This document shows positions 57,739 through 64,000 of a DNA stretch of 64,000 nt, piece after piece. Position numbers and translations under genes: made by a program. The notes under the pieces were generated by a model, which ran no database searches, was not told the DNA's origin, and saw nothing but the letters and a program-made list of their open reading frames with translations. The stretch covers positions 17,732,001-17,796,000 of the forward strand of contig OZ024746.1 of the NCBI GenBank assembly GCA_964016885.1, written 5' to 3'. The stretch's first letter is position 1; each line of letters starts with the position of its first letter. Source of the stretch: Eledone cirrhosa. Its lineage: Eukaryota.

Positions 57739-57922
57739 CGGTGGATTGGCAGTATCGGTGGAGGGTCGGACGCCATGCTTTGAAGCATAGAGTTAAGTCC
57801 CTTTACGATCTGAGTTCAAATCCCGCCGAGGTTGACTTTGCCTTTCATCCTTACGGGGTCGATAAAATAAAGTACCAGTAATGCACTGGGTAATTGATGG
57901 CCTTGTGCCTAGAGTAGAAACA
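57739..57922 (+). mobile_element. Young tRNA-derived SINE (family A) with 12-bp TSD
   Basis: A-box TGGCAGTATCGG, B-box GAGTTCAAATCC, central GCCTTTCATCCTTACGGGGTCGATAAA; TSD ATTATTTTACGA at 57727-57738 and 57923-57934. Confidence 0.92.
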
Positions 57923-58061
57923 ATTATTTTACGATCGTTTCTAGGACATATATGTGTTAGAATTGGTATGCATATTCAAAAGATCTATGTACAAAATTAT
58001 ACAAACTATCAAGGAGAATATACATACCATCACATATATATGCTGTCTTCAGAAATAATGA
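57923..58061 (-). ncRNA. Type I hammerhead ribozyme with extended stem II (left pseudo-LTR; stem I shortened by SINE insertion)
   Basis: Reverse complement of 63440-63578; 7 of 9 stem I pairs are retained through the SINE TSD. Confidence 0.75.
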
Positions 58062-58412
58062 TGTATATTTATTGATAATAACAATTCAAAATTACAGGTC
58101 TGTTTGGGAACAGATTTTAAATAGACCAATGAAATACATGAACATTCATCAAGAAAATACAGTTAGGTGTGTGTATATATGTAAGTAAATTCGCTCACAG
58201 ATATGCATAAAAATGTATGTTCATATGCATACGCATGTCGAAAAAGTGTATGTAAATATAAAAATTTAGGGCTAATGTATCTGTATGTTTACAATCTACA
58301 GACAAAATATACATATATATACATATATATATATATATATACATATATACACACATATACACACATGCATACACACACACATATACATACATAAACACAC
58401 ACATACATACGA

Positions 58413-58449
<37 letters not shown>

Positions 58450-58923
58450 TACGTATATATTATTATTATAACTATATGGATATTGAGGCGCTCACATAAA
58501 CACGCCCACACACACTTACATTCAGATGCAGAAGTAAAGGAGGTAAGGGAGTAAGTAATTAAAGGAAAGTGCCAAACTCGACATATTTATAAAAATGTAT
58601 CAATAAAGTTAGAAATAAAAAAAAAATTTTTATAGAAGGAAAAAACTTAAAAACGGGGGAACAAAAAATAAGGGGGGGGGGGTACGTACATATACAGACG
58701 CGAATGTCTCACAAAAGAAATATAAAAAAACATAAAAAAACATAAAAGAGAGACATAAAATATACATGCTTATATACATACGCACATTTACACATCCATA
58801 CGTTCGATACATACATACGTACACACACACACATACACATACTAACTTGTTTGTATGCATATACATAAATAAAAAAAAATAAATAAAAAATAAGTAAAAC
58901 ATATACCCATACATATAAATACA

Positions 58924-58969
<46 letters not shown>

Positions 58970-59179
58970 CATACACACAACACACATATATACATATATA
59001 TACACACACATATATATATACATATACATACATATAAATATATACATATACACACACATATACACACACATATATATATATATATATACATACACACACA
59101 CACACACACATACCCATGTATATATACACAACCACACACACACACACACTCAGACATACATATATATAGAGACATACAT

Positions 59180-59216
<37 letters not shown>

Positions 59217-59310
59217 CACCCAGTCAGACACATATGCACATATATACACATACATACACACATCTACTACAAATACATATACATACACATACATACATAC
59301 ACATATATAT

Positions 59311-59393
<83 letters not shown>

Positions 59394-59559
59394 CACTCAT
59401 ACATACATATTTACATGCGCACATATGTATTTTTATACTCACATACAAACACACAAACATACATACACACTTACATACACATACATACATCCACGCTTAC
59501 AAATGCGAATAATTATTGGGGGGGGGGGGATTAAAATTATTAGTGGGAAATAGTAAATA

Positions 59560-60590
59560 TATAGGTTTCAAGGAACATAGAATATTAATCTGCAGTTAAA
59601 TCATAATATGTGTTTACATAGTTGTGTCAGTATTAGGAAATGGTATTTGTAAGAAAGAAGGCTAAATTATGTATTTTAATATAAGTAGACTATTAATTAT
59701 AGGTTAATTAAAGTAAAAATAGTTAATATATTAATTTCTAAGGTGTATACTACTTAGGTTTATAATATTTAAAGCGGAATTTTGAAGTTAAACAGTAGTA
59801 GAGTATTAATTATAGCATAACTAAATTAAAAATAATTACATATATTAACATGATGGTATCAATTTTAGGAAATGAATTTTGTAATAGGGAAAGCCAAATT
59901 AAGTATTTCATCGGTAGTAGAATATTAATTATAGGTTAACTAAATTAAAAATTATATATTAATTTCTATAGTATATGTTAATTAGGTTTATAATAATTAA
60001 AACAAAATTTTGTATTTTATCTATAGTAGAATATAATAATAGGTTAACTAAATTAAAATTAATCTATATATTTATTTGTAAAGAGTATATTAATTAGGTA
60101 TATATTTAAAAGTTTTTCTCAGTTTATGATTACACGATATTCTGCAATCCATCTGTATTAGAATTTTAATTATAAGCTAACTAAATTTAAATTATAGGTT
60201 AACTAAATTAAAATTAATTTATAAATTAATTTCTAAATTGTATATAAATTAGGTTTATAATATTAAAAAGTATTTCTCCGTTATTAATTACACGATATTT
60301 TGTTGTATTTCATCTGTAAAAGAATTTTAATAAAAGGTTAAATAAACTAAAATTAATCTATATATTAATTTCCAAAGTATATATTAATTATGTTAATAAT
60401 ATTTAAATGTTTTTCACAGTTTATGATTATACGATATTTTTTAATTTCATCTGTAGTAGAATTTTAATTAAATTAAAATTATAGGTTAACTACATTAAAA
60501 TTAATTTATATATTAATTTCTAAAATATATATTATTAATTAGGTTTATAATATTTAAATGTTTTTCTCAGTTCATGATTACACGATATAA
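59560..60590. repeat. Degenerate ~140-155-bp tandem repeat forming the PLE 3' UTR
   Basis: aggtttataatatttaaatgtttttctcagtt.atgattacacgatat recurs at ~60541, 60391, 60251 and 60096, and more weakly at 59984 and 59757. Confidence 0.75.
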
Positions 60591-62514
60591 TTAATTCCTG
60601 TCGCTTATTTAATAGGATATCCTTAGATTTCATTATTTCAAATAGTTCTTGGGAACACAATCTACATTCATTTCTATTATTTTGATAAGGGGTGGCTCTT
60701 TTGAGCACACTCCAGGTCATATCATATTCTATATTCTTATTTCTATAACTATTAATTTTTTCTGCTAGAGATGTTGTATTAGCCAGTGCGGCATTTTTAA
60801 AACTATGTTTGTGGGTATTAAACCTTACCTTAAAATTGTTAGACGTAGCTCCTATATATGAGCAAATAGAATCTTTAGTTTTAACTTTACATTTATAAAC
60901 TATGTTGTTAACAAGACAATTTCCTTTTAATGGGCAGTTTGCTTTGTTTCTACAGTTACAACCTTTCGTTAATTCTGTATTTGAGGAGATATTATGGTTA
61001 GTTTGATGTATTGGTGGTATACTTATGGTTTTTTTACATTTATATGCATTATAGGCACTTATATTTTGTTTTATGTTTTTGGTTGTTGAGTATGAGAATT
61101 TAACTGTTGATCTATTTAAGATTTGGTGGTATTTGTGGTTTGGCGGGAAGTTTTTCTCTAGGATATTAAAAAATGTTTTAGGTATATTATCCTTAATTTG
61201 TAAATTAAATGGAGCATTATACCAAGTAACTCGTCTATTACGGTTTCTATGTTGTTTATTGTTTTTATAGGATGCATCCTGATGTTTACTAGGAGGATTA
61301 ATGTTAATGACCTCACCGCACACATTTTTAGTTAGATTTATTGATTTAGGTGTTTTAGCTTGTTTATTAGGAGTTTTATTATTAACATTTATTAGAGTTG
61401 TATGATGAGTAGTTTTTTGAGAGTTACTATACTTTATATTAGAGGAGTTAGAGAAATTTGGTTTTATGTTGGTATTTTGGGGTATATTGTGAGTGGCATT
61501 TAGGTGTGTACTTTTCATTTGGTGTTTGTTGGTAATATTAGGTTGTATGTTAATAGTGTTATTAGTAGAAGGTATATATTCCAATCTATTTTTGTGGCCA
61601 CTTCTATCTAGAGCTTCGTTATAGAAGGTCGCATTTTTATCAAATACATCTTGGTTAGACGAAAGGTTAGAAATTCTAAGTGATATATTATATGCAAGGT
61701 TTATAAGCATAGATTTAGGGTGATTAGATTGTGAGTGTATGTAGTGTAAGTTTTGGTTGGGTTTATGGTAAGGTTGGTAGATACCCGTAGCTAAATCTAA
61801 AGTTATATCTAGGAAATTAACTACTTTACTTGTGTTTTCAAAAGTAATATCAAGACTATAATAGTCCTTAAGGAAAGTTCTAATAAGCTTTTTGTTTTTT
61901 TCTATTCCTGAGAGGCTAAGGTTGTTGGAAAGAAGAAGACAGTCATCACGATATAAACCACCTTTAAGGTGGGGAAAGGAAGCATTTATGTTAAAAAGAA
62001 GAAAGAGGCCCACAAGATCAGTAATTTGGGCAGAATCGCTTGAACCCGTAGTAATATCAAATAGATTACTATATGTGTTTCTGGTCCAGTATTCATTCTG
62101 AAATTCAATAAGTGTTAGTCTAGCATGTGTAATAATATTAATGTCATCCAAAGTTAAGTTAGATCTATTTTTAGCAAATATCAAAGCTTTGTTCAGGAGT
62201 ATAGGTGATATAGAAGAATAGTAATTATCTATATCAAATTGTAGAAATGAAGCAGAAGATTTACATCTAATATTATTAAACCAGTTAATTACCTGGGAAG
62301 TGTTTTCCCAGAGTGGTAAATTAACATGTTTTCTTATTTGTGGGATGACTCTATCCAAAATTTTTTTGCTAATTATTCCAATATCCGATTTGGAGGGACA
62401 TATAAGTCTTATAGAAGGATTTGAGTTAAAGTTTGATTTATGATCTTTCAGGTTGAAGTGTGGTCTTTTCAATGCCAAAGGTTCAGTTCTATCTTCAATA
62501 TTTAGTTTATTCAC
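60535..62514 (-). CDS. Penelope-like retroelement ORF: reverse transcriptase plus C-terminal GIY-YIG endonuclease (5'-truncated; possibly Nematis-type)
   Basis: 659-aa open frame. RT motifs FLQFDIDNYYSSI, FDITTGSSD, GLYRDD, VNFLDITL; PLE thumb motif SNHPK; basic patch RNRNRR; CNCRNKANCPLKGNC linker; endonuclease motifs IVY..YIG..FKVRFNTH..CRLCSQE..LLN. The track's start is a GTG, not a true start. Clade assignment is from memory and needs a phylogeny. Confidence 0.93.
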   Translation of the reverse strand: MNKLNIEDRTEPLALKRPHFNLKDHKSNFNSNPSIRLICPSKSDIGIISKKILDRVIPQIRKHVNLPLWENTSQVINWFNNIRCKSSASFLQFDIDNYYSSISPILLNKALIFAKNRSNLTLDDINIITHARLTLIEFQNEYWTRNTYSNLFDITTGSSDSAQITDLVGLFLLFNINASFPHLKGGLYRDDCLLLSNNLSLSGIEKNKKLIRTFLKDYYSLDITFENTSKVVNFLDITLDLATGIYQPYHKPNQNLHYIHSQSNHPKSMLINLAYNISLRISNLSSNQDVFDKNATFYNEALDRSGHKNRLEYIPSTNNTINIQPNITNKHQMKSTHLNATHNIPQNTNIKPNFSNSSNIKYSNSQKTTHHTTLINVNNKTPNKQAKTPKSINLTKNVCGEVININPPSKHQDASYKNNKQHRNRNRRVTWYNAPFNLQIKDNIPKTFFNILEKNFPPNHKYHQILNRSTVKFSYSTTKNIKQNISAYNAYKCKKTISIPPIHQTNHNISSNTELTKGCNCRNKANCPLKGNCLVNNIVYKCKVKTKDSICSYIGATSNNFKVRFNTHKHSFKNAALANTTSLAEKINSYRNKNIEYDMTWSVLKRATPYQNNRNECRLCSQELFEIMKSKDILLNKRQELIISCNHELRKTFKYYKPN

Positions 62515-63042
62515 TATGTTGTGTGTTTTGTTGTTGATGTTGGTGAGTGGACATGGATTTTTTTAGACTTTTTTAGGTCCAATAGGGTAGAATCAATTAT
62601 ATTTTTTTTTTATGTATATGCATACAAACAAGTTAATATGCGTGAGGTTAAGTATGTGTATGTGTGTGTGTGTACGTATGTATGTATCGAACGTATGGAT
62701 GTGTAAATGTGCGTATGTATATAAGCATGTATATTTTATGTCTCTCTTTTATGTTTTTTTATATTTTTTTATATTTCTTTTGTGAGACATTCGCGTCTGT
62801 ATATGTACGTACCCCCCCCCCCCTTATTTTTTGTTCCCCCGTTTTTAAGTTTTTTCCTTCTATAAAAATTTTTTTTTTATTTCTAACTTTATTGATACAT
62901 TTTTATAAATATGTCGAGTTTGACACTTTCCTTTAATTACTTACTCCCTTACCTCCTTTACTTCTGCATCTGAATGTAAGTGTGTGTGGGCGTGTTTATG
63001 TGAGCGCCTCAATATCCATATAGTTATAATAATAATATATAC

Positions 63043-63088
<46 letters not shown>

Positions 63089-63439
63089 TCGTATGTATGT
63101 GTGTGTTTATGTATGTATATGTGTGTGTGTATGCATGTGTGTATATGTGTGTATATATGTATATATATATATATATATGTATATATATGTATATTTTGTC
63201 TGTAGATTGTAAACATACAGATACATTAGCCCTAAATTTTTATATTTACATACACTTTTTCGACATGCGTATGCATATCAACATACATTTTTATGCATAT
63301 CTGTGAGCGAATTTACTTACATATATACACACACCTAACTGTATTTTCTTGATGAATGTTCATGTATTTCATTGGTCTATTTAAAATCTGTTCCCAAACA
63401 GACCTGTAATTTTGAATTGTTATTATCAATAAATATACA

Positions 63440-63580
63440 TCATTATTTCTGAAGACAGCATATATATGTGATGGTATGTATATTCTCCTTGATAGTTTGT
63501 ATAATTTTGTACATAGATCTTTTGAATATGCATACCAATTCTAACACATATATGTCCTAGAAACGATCGTAAAATAATGA
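63440..63580 (+). ncRNA. Type I hammerhead ribozyme with extended stem II (right pseudo-LTR)
   Basis: Stem I TCATTATTT/AAATAATGA (9 bp); core CTGAAGA 63449-63455; 104-nt stem II; GAAA 63560-63563; palindromic stem III ACGATCGT; GUA cleavage triplet. Confidence 0.8.
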
Positions 63581-63896
63581 ACTTTTTTTGTTTAATATAA
63601 GGAACTGTTTCTTTGTTTTATTCATTATTTTTTTAATATTTTATCTTGACTCTGTATTCCGTTTATCTTTCACCGAAAGTGATTTTTGAATGCATCTCTT
63701 CTTTTCATGATATCCGGATTACATTGAGTTCTTCATACGGATTGGACACTACCGTAAACTTTTGGTAGATTTATCTATATATATATATATATATGTATAA
63801 GCAAAATGAATAAATGAGGGAATTGCAGTTCGTTAAAAACAAAATTTTACGATATCTGCATTGCTTTATTGTACCACAATAAAACTCACCTCCTAG

Positions 63897-63995
<99 letters not shown>

Positions 63996-64000
63996 TATCA

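Noticed and set aside
57739-57830. A/B-box sequences as tRNA genes
   Set aside because: They are SINE heads followed by SINE body and tail, with no cloverleaf evident.
60535-62514. Naiad-type selenoprotein PLE
   Set aside because: The endonuclease is C-terminal, there is no in-frame TGA and no SECIS was recognised.

Overview
AT-rich, microsatellite-saturated eukaryotic non-coding DNA; the SINE and microsatellite content suggests a coleoid cephalopod such as an octopus (inference). No host protein-coding gene can be confidently called, and almost all listed ORFs are translations of simple repeats. The one substantial coding region is a Penelope-like retroelement (PLE) ORF (60535-62514, minus strand; reverse transcriptase plus C-terminal GIY-YIG endonuclease). 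It lies between ~1.25-1.5 kb inverted arms, each carrying a type I hammerhead ribozyme (HHR) with an unusual ~104-nt stem II extension. At least three other HHR families occur as short islets in or beside (TA)n tracts, including a 267-bp palindrome with one HHR on each strand. The rest is tRNA-derived SINEs (several with target-site duplications, TSDs), RTE, CR1 and CRE LINE fragments, hAT-type MITEs, a non-autonomous Helitron and many minisatellites. All structures were read by eye; no folding or database search was run, and boundaries of degenerate elements are approximate.
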